Positions 17,778 to 27,310 of a DNA stretch of 56,426 nucleotides are shown one piece after another. The stretch's first letter is position 1, and each line of letters starts with the position of its first letter. The notes beneath the pieces are model-generated. The model was not told where the DNA came from. It worked only from the letters and a program-made list of their open reading frames with translations, and ran no database searches. Position numbers and translations under genes: made by a program. Location of the stretch: the IMG/VR virus record IMGVR_UViG_3300020408_000007, positions 1 through 56,426 of that record, one strand, 5' to 3'. This DNA comes from a virus. Its lineage: Duplodnaviria > Caudoviricetes.

Positions 17778-20173
17778 TGTACGCTCCTATCTTTCATGCG
17801 TTCTCTTTCTAAAGCAGCCTGTATTCTAGCGGCTGTCTGCTCTTCTTGACTTCTAATACGCTCATCAAACTGACGAGATTTATCCATCATTTGAGCTTGT
17901 TTCAGGTTGAGCTCCCGCTCTTCCCGTTCCTTGTCATTCTGCTCTGCCAATGCGTCAAGCTGCAATTCCTGTTGCTTCAACGCTACTACAGGATCTGGTT
18001 GAGCGTTACCAGATAGCTGGCGACCCATGTCCTGTACGGCTTTCATCCCCTCAGCCATATACACTGCAGCCAAAGCATCAATCTCCATCTTAACTTCAGG
18101 AGGTATCTGCTGCTGTCCTTCCATGCCAGACTCACGCATGGCTCTTTCTACCGCATCTATCTGGACATGTTGGAAAACGTGCTTCTGAAGGTTCATGGCA
18201 ACCATTGGGTTCGCCCCTACAAGCGGTGAACCGCTCATAACAAGGTGCGCCATAATGTGCGCCTCATGATTCTGCCCAGGAAATGCCTGCATCTTCTTTC
18301 CATCAAGTGCTTCTTGGTTTTCTTGGGCCGGGTCCTTCGGTGTAGGCTGCTGTGCCTCTTCATTCATCAAATACTTATCAATATCCCGTACACCCAAGGC
18401 TTCGTACATGTCCCGATAGACCTCATACATGTTGTGTATTTGTGGGGCCTGGGACGCAAGCTGCATTTTGGTTTGTGCAAGAGCAATCCGTTGTGCTTGA
18501 GAGAATACATTGGGGTTGGAAACAGGTATTACGTCTATTCGGTCATCAAAATCCTGCGCCTTTACTGCAGAATCTACGCCTTCAATAGAGTATGGGTAAA
18601 CAGGCGGCAGACTCTCTGCCATAACCCTTGAAAGCAACTTAAATTCAAGCTTCATCGCGTAATGAAGGCGTTTATGGACCGCGCTCATCACACGAGAGCC
18701 CTGCTCCATCATTGCGATTGTAGTCCCTACAGCAGCCTGTTGGTTGCCATCCCCTACCTTGAGGTCTGTTATGGTCGCGAATCGCCTGCCTGCGTCAACT
18801 ACAAAGCCTAGAAGGTTAAATAATGTGCCGTCAGGGCCTTTAAACGGCAGGGGCATCAGACTATCCCGAATTGCACCCCCAGGAGCGTCTACATCCCTAA
18901 ATTCACCCGGCTGCAAAGGCTCATCATCGTCTCTTATCCGTAGGCCACGAGCTTTGAAGCCTGCGGGCAGGTTAGAAAGCGTCCCTGCATCTATCAATTG
19001 CCGTAAAGCTGCAGTCGCTGTCCTTGAAAGACCGCCAATAGTGTGAATAAGCCCCAATCCATAGAAACCAAAGCCTGGAAGGAACTTATAATGCACAAAA
19101 TACTGGATTTTTTCCATGTTTTGGTCATTTTCGCGGTAGTTTCTGCGAATTGACAGTATTTGACCGTTGTCCTGAGAGATAGTTACGATGTATGGCAGCT
19201 TGATTCCTGTTGGTTCGCCGTCCTGACCCTTGTCTTCATACCCCTCAAGGTCCAAATCGACGTGACATTCCAGCAAGGTGCAGTCATAGTCCACAGATGA
19301 CGGTTCAATTCCGGTAATACGATCGAGTTCAGAGCCCAAATCGTCATCCACCGCCTGTTGCGGCAACACAGGTATGTCCCTGTAAAAGCCCCCAATCTGC
19401 TTTTTACGCAATTCGTTCAAGCTCATACGCACGACATGCGTGATATTGGGGCAAGTTTCTAAATCAGCGGTTTCATAAGGCACTACTAGATGCTCTGCAG
19501 CTATAAATTTGCTTACAGCTCTGTCGATACCCTCGTCATAGTAGACTTTCTTAAAGGTACTCCCCGCTAAAGGTAAGTAAAACAGCATTTGGTCAAACTC
19601 AGGGGTGTACTCCTCCATCACATTCGTGATGTAAAAGTTCATAAAGTCCTTTACACGCTGAGCTTGGTCAGACTTTGCTGCGTCTGCTGACCCGACAATA
19701 GCAGTACGCACGGGTCCACCCGCTGGCAGCAGCTCATTGAACGCCTGAGCTTGGAACTGCACCGCCGCTTCAGCCAGCAACGGATGCGTGACGCCTGACG
19801 CACCTCTGAAAGGCTCCGATCTTTCTGAATAATTGAATCCCAATAATTCCAAACCGTTTGCATAAGCATCTTCCCATTCCTGTCTGCTAGCTTTGTTAGC
19901 GTCAAAGTCACTTGTAAGCTCACTTGCAACCGCCCCAAGCGTTCTGTCGTCCAAATCCTCTGCTAAATTGGCGTAAAAACCATTGTCAGGCATGTCTGTA
20001 GACGGTTCAAAATCTACAATGGCCCCACCATCCTCCGATATTTGTATGTCAAACTCACTTTCAATAGGCATTTCAAGACTGCCAGGGGCTTCAATCTCCA
20101 CCTCTGCCATCAACTCTTCTTGATCTATCTGTGGATTTTGATTCTCTACCAAAGAAATAGGGGGTCTAACCAT
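17774..20173 (-). CDS. Portal protein
   Basis: 799 aa; PFRGASGVTHPLLAEA, FYLPLAGSTFKKVYYD, LRQLIDAGTLSNLP; C-terminal coiled coil. Confidence 0.88.
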   Translation of the reverse strand: MVRPPISLVENQNPQIDQEELMAEVEIEAPGSLEMPIESEFDIQISEDGGAIVDFEPSTDMPDNGFYANLAEDLDDRTLGAVASELTSDFDANKASRQEWEDAYANGLELLGFNYSERSEPFRGASGVTHPLLAEAAVQFQAQAFNELLPAGGPVRTAIVGSADAAKSDQAQRVKDFMNFYITNVMEEYTPEFDQMLFYLPLAGSTFKKVYYDEGIDRAVSKFIAAEHLVVPYETADLETCPNITHVVRMSLNELRKKQIGGFYRDIPVLPQQAVDDDLGSELDRITGIEPSSVDYDCTLLECHVDLDLEGYEDKGQDGEPTGIKLPYIVTISQDNGQILSIRRNYRENDQNMEKIQYFVHYKFLPGFGFYGLGLIHTIGGLSRTATAALRQLIDAGTLSNLPAGFKARGLRIRDDDEPLQPGEFRDVDAPGGAIRDSLMPLPFKGPDGTLFNLLGFVVDAGRRFATITDLKVGDGNQQAAVGTTIAMMEQGSRVMSAVHKRLHYAMKLEFKLLSRVMAESLPPVYPYSIEGVDSAVKAQDFDDRIDVIPVSNPNVFSQAQRIALAQTKMQLASQAPQIHNMYEVYRDMYEALGVRDIDKYLMNEEAQQPTPKDPAQENQEALDGKKMQAFPGQNHEAHIMAHLVMSGSPLVGANPMVAMNLQKHVFQHVQIDAVERAMRESGMEGQQQIPPEVKMEIDALAAVYMAEGMKAVQDMGRQLSGNAQPDPVVALKQQELQLDALAEQNDKEREERELNLKQAQMMDKSRQFDERIRSQEEQTAARIQAALERERMKDRSVQ

Positions 20174-20459
20174 TTACAACCTCACATCCGCAACGCGGGC
20201 TCATACCCTTTATAAAGACAGGTGTTCCCTCGCCCATGTATGCGCCTGTCACATTAAAATCCATGAACTCTATCGCCTCTGTCAAAGACATGCCGTCTCG
20301 TTTCCGCAATATATCCACACATTTATCCCAATCGTAAGCAATCATCACGGGAAGTCCACATCTTTCAGCAGATCCAATGATTGCCTCATCAAACCCGTCC
20401 GCTTTCAACATGACTACTTCTTCGTCAAACTCTTCTTCTATCATAGCATATCCCTCCAT
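20166..20459 (-). CDS. Conserved phage hypothetical protein
   Basis: LKADGFDEAIIG...EAIEFMDFNVTGAYMGEGTPVF. Confidence 0.6.
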   Translation of the reverse strand: MEGYAMIEEEFDEEVVMLKADGFDEAIIGSAERCGLPVMIAYDWDKCVDILRKRDGMSLTEAIEFMDFNVTGAYMGEGTPVFIKGMSPRCGCEVVNG

Positions 20460-23400
20460 TATTGCATATGTTTGATAAATTCTGCGATACCAGCCTTAAC
20501 TGGGCCGCCTTTTGCCATTCCTATTTGAGGCCCCGCATATTTAAATATGTTAGTAAAAACATCTTCAATATCCATTTCGCCTCGTTTCACCTTCCTAATA
20601 TTTTTGCTTAATTCCCTTTCAGAAGTCTTTTTTGTGTGTCGCCTATTTAAAAGAGCTTGAGACGGACCCGCACCTTCTGTCGCTTTTAGAGGAATATTTC
20701 TTTCTCTTAAAACATCTAAAGCAAGCAAAGGATGGTCCTCTGCAGTTGCAGGAGGGGCAAACATGTCAGAATCTTCATATAAATCAAATAATTTACCTTT
20801 TGTTTCAGGGTTTCCCAGTAAATTAAAATACACATTACTTGAACGATTTGGGTCCGCACCTTCTTTTTGAGAACGGCCCGCAGCATAAAGAAGAGCTGCA
20901 TACCCCTCTATTCCAAATTCTTCAATTAGTTTCTCTGGGGAGGCATTATCAAGTAATAAATTAGCTTGAAAATTACTCTCTACGGCTTCTGCAAACTCAT
21001 TAGCACGAGATTCTACTTCTCCCCCCTTCTGCATAAAAGGAATAAACTTGGCTATTCCTGCTTTTACATGACCGCCTTTTGCAAACTCCTGTGGCTGGTT
21101 CGTGGGCCGCGTTTCGGTCAACGCCGCCCCTGTACCAATGCCCACGGTCCCCGCAAAACCGTATTTCTTTAAAATATCTAAAGTAGCCGCATCAAAAACA
21201 ACGTAATTATAATCGTCTGCTCCGGGGTCTAACCTATCGTACCGCGTACCACGGGTTGAATACTTCGTTCCTTTTATGCCGTTATTGTTCAATAAAATAG
21301 AAATACGCGGGTCATCTAAACTAGAACCACCATAGAATTTGGCAATGGACAACAGAACTCCCTGACCGTCAGCCCGCCCCCGTTCGACCTCCTTAATCAA
21401 CTTCTCATCGCCAATCTTACGAGCGATTGCTGAAACCTTTTCACGAACAGCAGGGTGCTGGTCCTCCATTGAGCGATAGAAATCAATCATTTCGGTACGC
21501 GGATCAATGTCCATAGCTACTTGCATAAGCGTACCGTCAGAAGGTCCAAGACCTATAACCTCAAAACCATCTCGCTCCACACCCGTCTTCTCATCAACGT
21601 GAACTGCGTTTTTCAAACGTAAAGTTTTACCGTCATCGAAAGCGTAGTCTGTAAAGCCCCCGGTTAAATTTGTATTTACATTGTCCTCGCCAATGCCATA
21701 AACCAATTCATCGAGCAAATTTGAGAACTCTTCGTTATCTTCAACAAAAAGCTTTGGTCTTCCTGTGTCAGGGTCTGTCACACGATCTGTGTTAAACCGT
21801 CCAACAACCATGTTCAAATCGTCTTCATCTGCAAAAGGGTCTAACTCTTTGCGAAAACCTACGTTGCGTTTGTATGTTTCGCCCACCTGACGAAGATCCG
21901 AAAGATAAATACCATGACCAAACATGTTTGCTCCTTCACCTGTCTTTACATAGTGAAGATCAAACTTATCAAAATCAGTTCCTGCCCCGTGCCAAGTCTC
22001 AACTTTACGGCGACGAGCGGCTTCATTTATTTTTGGAACCATGCCCTGAATGCCGCCTTTACCTGTTGGGTACTGAACTCCCATAGGGCCGACTTCTTTA
22101 ATTACGTCCTGCATGTCAAAGCCGCCTGGAGCAAACACTTCGATAGGAGCGGTCGCAGCTCTCATTTTGAGCTCATATAGTCGGCCATCTATTCTCTCTA
22201 ATGCAGCAGGAGAAGTAGCCTTTCGTCGCGAACTTTCCAATTCACGAATTTCCGCAAACAGCTTCTCCCTTTCCTCAGAGCTTCGAGCAACCTTTTCCCC
22301 AATTATTCTTAAATAATTTCTATAAGAGTCTTCAGTAATGCCCAAAGCTTTCATTACTTTTTGTTGTTTTTGTATCGCGCCTTGATATCTATTAGCCATT
22401 ATTTCTTTAGCGCGAGCCAAAACTTCTTCACGCATAGCGAGATTATTAGGATCTAATTTAGCCCCTTGGTACATGGGACCTGGATAAACCATCGCACGAG
22501 AACGCATGTTATTGGGCATATTATTTTGCGAAAGAATATCATCACGAGCCATGTTTAAAGCTTGATAAATTCTACCATTTTCGCTTTGGGGGTTTGCCTG
22601 CGATAAGTTGCCCATACTGTAGGTTCCTTGATCAAGGCCAATTCTTAGGTTCCGGTCAACTTCATCTAGGCGTTTTACAAACTCATCAGAAACTTTTTGA
22701 TAATCAGTCAGAGTAAAAGCCATGCCCCCTTGAGGTAAGCCCTCTACGTCTTGCAATAAATGCTGTAACTCGTGGATCATAATGCTTCTAAATTGATCTG
22801 GGTCACTAGAATCAAGCTGATCTGCTCTTATTGTAATGCGGTTATCATACGAACTATAATGACCTAATTCGCCATTTGGGGTCGTTTCAGAAATACGAAG
22901 TTGATATTGATTGATGAAATCCCCATACGCCTGCATAATAGGGTGGTCAGAAGGCAAATGCTCTGACAAAGGACTGTCAAAGAATTTTCCAAAGCCAGGT
23001 TCTGTCGGAAGGCTTATGTTATTGTCTAAATAAGAAATAACATTCCCCCCATCCAAAGATTCATAATTAAAAAAGTCGTACATGTCATGGACAATGCTTT
23101 CCGTTGGGGCGTCTGTCCCAAAATTAATATCGGAAAGATCTGCTTCAAATTCAGTGTAAAAAGTTACGGTTGGTTTTCCGTCTGCGTTATATATAATGGA
23201 GGGCCCTGTTCCAAAGCCTGTTTGCTTTTTTGTCTCTCTGAAAATATCATCCGCTAAAGAGTAAACATTTTCTTCGTTTGCAAAGTCAGCTTTTTTTGCC
23301 TTGTATAACTTTTCAGCTAATTCTCTTGATTTTGTAATTTCAGGAAAAGCTCTAGCCGCCTCTTCGCCACCCATCATTTCTGTCCTTGACGTGTCGGGCA

Positions 23401-23878
23401 AATCTTGATCCGGGGACCGTGGTACGGGAACTATCTGTCCGTCAGGTGTGACCGCGACAGGAGTATTTTTGTTTTTCATATATTTTATAAAGCTTGCAAT
23501 GCCGTCACTTAAAAGATCCGCTCCTTTAGCGGTGGCTATCTCCCCCAAACCTAGAGCACCCCCCACAAAACGTGCATCATCCCGCATTTTTTGGCGTAAC
23601 TCTGTAGGGGCTTTGCCAAAAGTTTTCTCCCTTAAAAGCTCAGAGCCCGCTATTTTATCTAGCCCCTGCATTTGTTGAAGCATCAAAATATTTGATGTGA
23701 CTGGAGGTAGAGAAGCAGCCCCTTTGCCTACTAATCCTGCAATATCAGCAAAGCTGCCTAAAAGTTCCGGCCCCATTCCTTCCAAAAGACCTTTAAGGGT
23801 TTCTATGCCCTCACCTGTACGGTCATACCCTTCCGGGTATCTTCGGGACGGTACTAAAGAAATTTTTGATTCAGCCAT
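20459..23878 (-). CDS. Large polyvalent-type protein (HExxH metallopeptidase-like + ADP-ribosyltransferase-like domains)
   Basis: IMIHELQHLLQDVEG; WHGAGTDFDKFD...GEGANMFGHGIYLS; GIKGTKY...NYVVFD. Confidence 0.6.
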   Translation of the reverse strand: MAESKISLVPSRRYPEGYDRTGEGIETLKGLLEGMGPELLGSFADIAGLVGKGAASLPPVTSNILMLQQMQGLDKIAGSELLREKTFGKAPTELRQKMRDDARFVGGALGLGEIATAKGADLLSDGIASFIKYMKNKNTPVAVTPDGQIVPVPRSPDQDLPDTSRTEMMGGEEAARAFPEITKSRELAEKLYKAKKADFANEENVYSLADDIFRETKKQTGFGTGPSIIYNADGKPTVTFYTEFEADLSDINFGTDAPTESIVHDMYDFFNYESLDGGNVISYLDNNISLPTEPGFGKFFDSPLSEHLPSDHPIMQAYGDFINQYQLRISETTPNGELGHYSSYDNRITIRADQLDSSDPDQFRSIMIHELQHLLQDVEGLPQGGMAFTLTDYQKVSDEFVKRLDEVDRNLRIGLDQGTYSMGNLSQANPQSENGRIYQALNMARDDILSQNNMPNNMRSRAMVYPGPMYQGAKLDPNNLAMREEVLARAKEIMANRYQGAIQKQQKVMKALGITEDSYRNYLRIIGEKVARSSEEREKLFAEIRELESSRRKATSPAALERIDGRLYELKMRAATAPIEVFAPGGFDMQDVIKEVGPMGVQYPTGKGGIQGMVPKINEAARRRKVETWHGAGTDFDKFDLHYVKTGEGANMFGHGIYLSDLRQVGETYKRNVGFRKELDPFADEDDLNMVVGRFNTDRVTDPDTGRPKLFVEDNEEFSNLLDELVYGIGEDNVNTNLTGGFTDYAFDDGKTLRLKNAVHVDEKTGVERDGFEVIGLGPSDGTLMQVAMDIDPRTEMIDFYRSMEDQHPAVREKVSAIARKIGDEKLIKEVERGRADGQGVLLSIAKFYGGSSLDDPRISILLNNNGIKGTKYSTRGTRYDRLDPGADDYNYVVFDAATLDILKKYGFAGTVGIGTGAALTETRPTNQPQEFAKGGHVKAGIAKFIPFMQKGGEVESRANEFAEAVESNFQANLLLDNASPEKLIEEFGIEGYAALLYAAGRSQKEGADPNRSSNVYFNLLGNPETKGKLFDLYEDSDMFAPPATAEDHPLLALDVLRERNIPLKATEGAGPSQALLNRRHTKKTSERELSKNIRKVKRGEMDIEDVFTNIFKYAGPQIGMAKGGPVKAGIAEFIKHMQ

Positions 23879-25328
23879 AATATGCGCGGACCTGAGTATG
23901 CTTATCTTCGTCTATGTCCCAATCGTCCGTGGGCAGCGATACAAAGTTACCTTGCCGATAACGCATCAACGCTTGGGTCATGCTGTCAACAAGGTCATCA
24001 TACTCTCCATTTGGAAACGCTGCAACTTCTTCAATAAGCTCATCGGCAAAGGTTTCATCAGGGGCGTACACCATGCCTGCCTCAAACAAAGGCGAGACCG
24101 CATGTACCCTTGAAACCTTGTCATTACCCCGTGATGGAGAGAAGTTAACAACAGGAATGCCGATATTGCGTAATTCATGCGTTAAAGGCATACCAGAAGC
24201 TTTCGCCTCAATTATCACCGTTTCTGGCTCCCAGAAGTTGTATTGATCCCAAGCTACCTGTTTTAACTCAGGAAAATCCCACCGCCCCTTCTTACTGTCT
24301 AACAAAATTAACCCTCTAGGGCCCCCAGCCTCCTCTGGCCTGAAGACACCCCAAGTTGTGATTGCAGAAAAATCCGCTGTCTCCTTCTTTGAAAACGCAG
24401 TATCATAGCTCTGTATTACATACTCAAGATTGGGCACATCCTCTTTTTCCCACCTTTGCCACCACTCTCGTGGTATAATAGCGTTTTCCTCGCCCGTGGG
24501 CCGTTGTTGGTACTGAGCGTTCCATTTCGAGGGCGGAATGGACGCTTTTACCTTCTCTAAATCATCTTTTGACCAAAACTCAGGCCATGTCGGGTCCCCA
24601 TCATCTAACAAAGCAGGCAGCTCAACTATCTCCCACTGGTCCGCTTTGGGGTCTTTATTCATCTGTCGTATAAGTTGCCCGGTCAAATCCTTCTGAGACC
24701 ACCGCGTCATAACCAGAATGATAGACCCACCCGGCTGTAGTCTCTGTCGGGGGCCCCCAGTATACCAATCCCAAGCGTCATCAAACCCGTTATTCGACAT
24801 CGCAGTCTGCTCAGAATGTGGGTCGTCAATGATAACAAGGTCTCCCCCGCGACCCGCAAGGTTTGATCCCACGCCAACCGCATAATACGTGCCGCCCCTG
24901 GCGGTATCCCAACGACCAGAAGCTTTACTGTCGGCTGAAAGCTTGGCTTCAGGAAATATTTCTGTGTAATCTTCCCTGTCCAAAAGGTTTTTGACCTTAC
25001 GACCAAAGCCTACGGCAAGCTCTGTGGTGTGCGTCGCCTGTATTATTTTCATATTTGGATTGCGGCCTATAAACCATGCAGGCAGAAAGTTCGACGCAAA
25101 CTCAGACTTTGTATGTCGCGGGGCCATGTTGATAATAAGTCTCTTGAGGGACCCATCAGCCACCCTTTGGAACTTCTCTGCGATGATTTTGTGATGCTCA
25201 CCTGCTATGAACTCAGGCCACATGGCGCGAACAAAGGTCAGGAAATCCTTGCGACAGGAATCTATCCTATCTAATTGAGCTAATCTTAACTGAAGTTTGA
25301 CCGCTCTATCTCTTGCGTCTTCACTCAT
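23871..25328 (-). CDS. terL: Terminase large subunit
   Basis: LIINMAPRHTKS (Walker A), LVIIDDPH (Walker B), VMTRW, QSYDTAFS and YDDLVDSMTQAL nuclease motifs. Confidence 0.95.
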   Translation of the reverse strand: MSEDARDRAVKLQLRLAQLDRIDSCRKDFLTFVRAMWPEFIAGEHHKIIAEKFQRVADGSLKRLIINMAPRHTKSEFASNFLPAWFIGRNPNMKIIQATHTTELAVGFGRKVKNLLDREDYTEIFPEAKLSADSKASGRWDTARGGTYYAVGVGSNLAGRGGDLVIIDDPHSEQTAMSNNGFDDAWDWYTGGPRQRLQPGGSIILVMTRWSQKDLTGQLIRQMNKDPKADQWEIVELPALLDDGDPTWPEFWSKDDLEKVKASIPPSKWNAQYQQRPTGEENAIIPREWWQRWEKEDVPNLEYVIQSYDTAFSKKETADFSAITTWGVFRPEEAGGPRGLILLDSKKGRWDFPELKQVAWDQYNFWEPETVIIEAKASGMPLTHELRNIGIPVVNFSPSRGNDKVSRVHAVSPLFEAGMVYAPDETFADELIEEVAAFPNGEYDDLVDSMTQALMRYRQGNFVSLPTDDWDIDEDKHTQVRAYYG

Positions 25329-25540
25329 GCCTTTTCTTTCGTCTCAACTTCTTCGTTTAATATACATTTTCTTTGAAAAAAGATAACTGGTGAAAAATTC
25401 TGCTCGACGTTCAACGCTAATTGTTCCAATCTTTGCCCACATTGCTCTAGAGACGTGTAGGGGCCCCAATCATCTCGTATATTAAAGCACTGTGGGTTTT
25501 GTCCTATACACACTACCAATAAGACAGTAAACATGCTCAC
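25325..25540 (-). CDS. Small hypothetical protein with hydrophobic N-terminus
   Basis: GGAGG upstream; GPYTSLEQC motif. Confidence 0.5.
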   Translation of the reverse strand: MSMFTVLLVVCIGQNPQCFNIRDDWGPYTSLEQCGQRLEQLALNVEQNFSPVIFFQRKCILNEEVETKEKA

Positions 25541-25656
25541 CTCCTTTGCAGGGTTTTACCTTCATTATATGCGATATTTTATATAATGATATCATTTTTT
25601 TACCTATTGTTTGTGAAAAACATGGACTACGTCGTCCTCTGGCGATCGCCCCTGGA

Positions 25657-25672
25657 CGTCAATTTTTTGACG
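25657..25672. promoter_or_regulatory. Palindrome CGTCAA-TTTT-TTGACG (operator family B)
   Basis: Perfect arms; same architecture as three copies at 31795-31840. Confidence 0.55.
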
Positions 25673-25806
25673 CGGGCCGTAAACCATTGTTTTTGCTTAA
25701 AATTAAGTCTACACGGGCCCCGATCAATAAAACTGGATCAATCGTTAAAAACTAGATGCAGCGTGTCATGATCCGTGGCGCAGCTCCCACAATTCACTAA
25801 CAATCG

Positions 25807-25827
25807 ATCACGGATCACGGGTCATGG
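25807..25827 (-). repeat. Inverted heptad array CCATGAC-CCGTGAT-CCGTGAT
   Basis: Only exact minus-strand match I found to the dispersed YCGTGNNCCGYG motif. Confidence 0.6.
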
Positions 25828-25965
25828 CGTCCAGTGATAGGTTTACAGCTCCGCCAGTTCGGCCCGTTGGGCAAGTTATCTGCTTTTATGTCACGGCTGC
25901 ACCTCGGATTCCGACGCGGGAAAGTCGAATTTCAAGCCGATCGATGTATAAACACCCGCCGATCG

Positions 25966-26161
25966 ATCACGAGCTCGACGAGAATCAAGCAATTTTTGGC
26001 ATTTTTTGGCAATTAAGTGCGTCTGGCGGGAAAAATCGAGGTGCAGCGCGATGAATTTATTGATTTTGAGCAAAAAACCGCAAAAACTGGCTAAAAACTG
26101 CGATTTTCAGGCTGATCAGCGTGTAAACATACGACAATTAATCACGAGCTCGACGAGAATC
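25966..26161 (+). repeat. 21-bp perfect direct repeat ATCACGAGCTCGACGAGAATC (25966-25986, 26141-26161)
   Basis: Read directly from the sequence; 175 bp apart in non-coding DNA. Confidence 0.85.
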
Positions 26162-26193
26162 GCGTTAAAATGGGCCTATTTTTAACAAAAGAC

Positions 26194-26221
26194 AAAAAAA
26201 GGCCCGCCATATAAGCGGGCC
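26194..26221 (-). terminator. Intrinsic terminator
   Basis: GGCCCGC-7nt-GCGGGCC followed by a U-tract on the minus strand. Confidence 0.8.
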
Positions 26222-26241
26222 GGAGTCGTTAATTGTGGGGC

Positions 26242-26964
26242 TTATTTGGGCTTTTTAGACCTGCCAAGATCTCCAGCAATGTGATGACGGATTACAGCTC
26301 GCGGGCCAAGCTGGCCCATAAACTGATCGAGCTGCTCCGAATCGCTAAGCTGCTGATCAGAGTCTTTTGTGTTCTCCCATTGTCTCCGGACATTGTGGTA
26401 AGCCGCATAGCATCCGCCCTGCTCTTCGAGCTGTCCAGCAGCTCGCTTGCCGGATCCATGCCCAGAAAAAATAACCGGATAATCACGATCGCCCCGTGCG
26501 CACAACGGCTTTCCGTCCCCGCAATCAATACAGCTGAAATTATCCAGATATTCGGCAGGGCATCTGACAAGAGTCGTCCCGTCATATTTTGAAGATCTAA
26601 ATGATTTCGACTCGCGCCAAAATGATTCATCAACAATAGAGACGGCGGGCTGGCCCCGTTTAATCCACTGTACGGCCTGTTGGAAAGTGTCGGCAGAAAA
26701 ATTGATCACTGTTTTGGTTGGGCCCAAAAGGGCTTTATACCATTTGGGGTGAAAGTGAGAGTAAGTCATAGATTCACCCGCTCTGGGCTTAGCGTTCAAA
26801 ACTGCATCCATATAAACCAGATCAGGCATGTCTGAACCGCAACCGCTTGGATTCAGGCTGCAGCTCTTTGGGCAAGTGTCAAAAACAGACTGGTCACCCG
26901 CCCTATATGTCACGGCGCAGCCCTTAGTTTTTGTAGCTCTGCTTATTTCCACTGTCTTTAACAT
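26242..26964 (-). CDS. Cys-rich phage protein (gp88-like family, possibly Fe-S binding)
   Basis: TCPKSC, TYSH, INFSAD, CPAE...CIDC....LC, GHG, GCYA, RHHIAGD motifs. Confidence 0.55.
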   Translation of the reverse strand: MLKTVEISRATKTKGCAVTYRAGDQSVFDTCPKSCSLNPSGCGSDMPDLVYMDAVLNAKPRAGESMTYSHFHPKWYKALLGPTKTVINFSADTFQQAVQWIKRGQPAVSIVDESFWRESKSFRSSKYDGTTLVRCPAEYLDNFSCIDCGDGKPLCARGDRDYPVIFSGHGSGKRAAGQLEEQGGCYAAYHNVRRQWENTKDSDQQLSDSEQLDQFMGQLGPRAVIRHHIAGDLGRSKKPK

Positions 26965-27191
26965 TGCTCAATTCTCCGACCATATGAGTCAAGCTCCGTG
27001 TAAACTCGACGCTGAATTAAGTGCACTATGTCTGCGGTTTCGTGCTTGTCCGGTATATCGTACAGATCGAGCTGCCAAAATTTTCCGCCGTATTCCATAA
27101 TTACCCCGACGTCATCCCCATGTATTGGGTGCTCGTAAAACTTGCGGCCCGCGACTTTAAAAAGCGGCTTGAATTTTGTAATTTTGTGCAT
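26958..27191 (-). CDS. Hypothetical early protein
   Basis: FYEHPIHGDD; GGAG upstream. Confidence 0.55.
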   Translation of the reverse strand: MHKITKFKPLFKVAGRKFYEHPIHGDDVGVIMEYGGKFWQLDLYDIPDKHETADIVHLIQRRVYTELDSYGRRIEQC

Positions 27192-27226
27192 TTTTGAATC
27201 TCCATTAATTGCACTGTTTTGATGAA

Positions 27227-27244
27227 TATAAGACTAACCCCATA
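27227..27244. promoter_or_regulatory. Operator family A site TATAAGA-CTAA-CCCCATA
   Basis: Matches TATRRGA-N4-TCYYATA seen at several early intergenic sites. Confidence 0.45.
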
Positions 27245-27258
27245 TTGGGCTTTATGTC

Positions 27259-27291
27259 AAAAAAAAAGCCCAGATCTGACTCTGGGCTTTT
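27259..27291. terminator. Bidirectional intrinsic terminator
   Basis: AAAAGCCCAGA-TCTGAC-TCTGGGCTTTT. Confidence 0.8.
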
Positions 27292-27310
27292 CTTAATGTT
27301 GAAGCTGCTG

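Noticed and set aside
25546-26073. Short ORFs in the ORF track within the control region
   Set aside because: Overlapping on both strands, no clear RBS and no recognisable motifs; more likely non-coding.
25966-26161. Mini CRISPR array
   Set aside because: Only two 21-bp copies, 175 bp apart; spacing is wrong and there are no cas genes.
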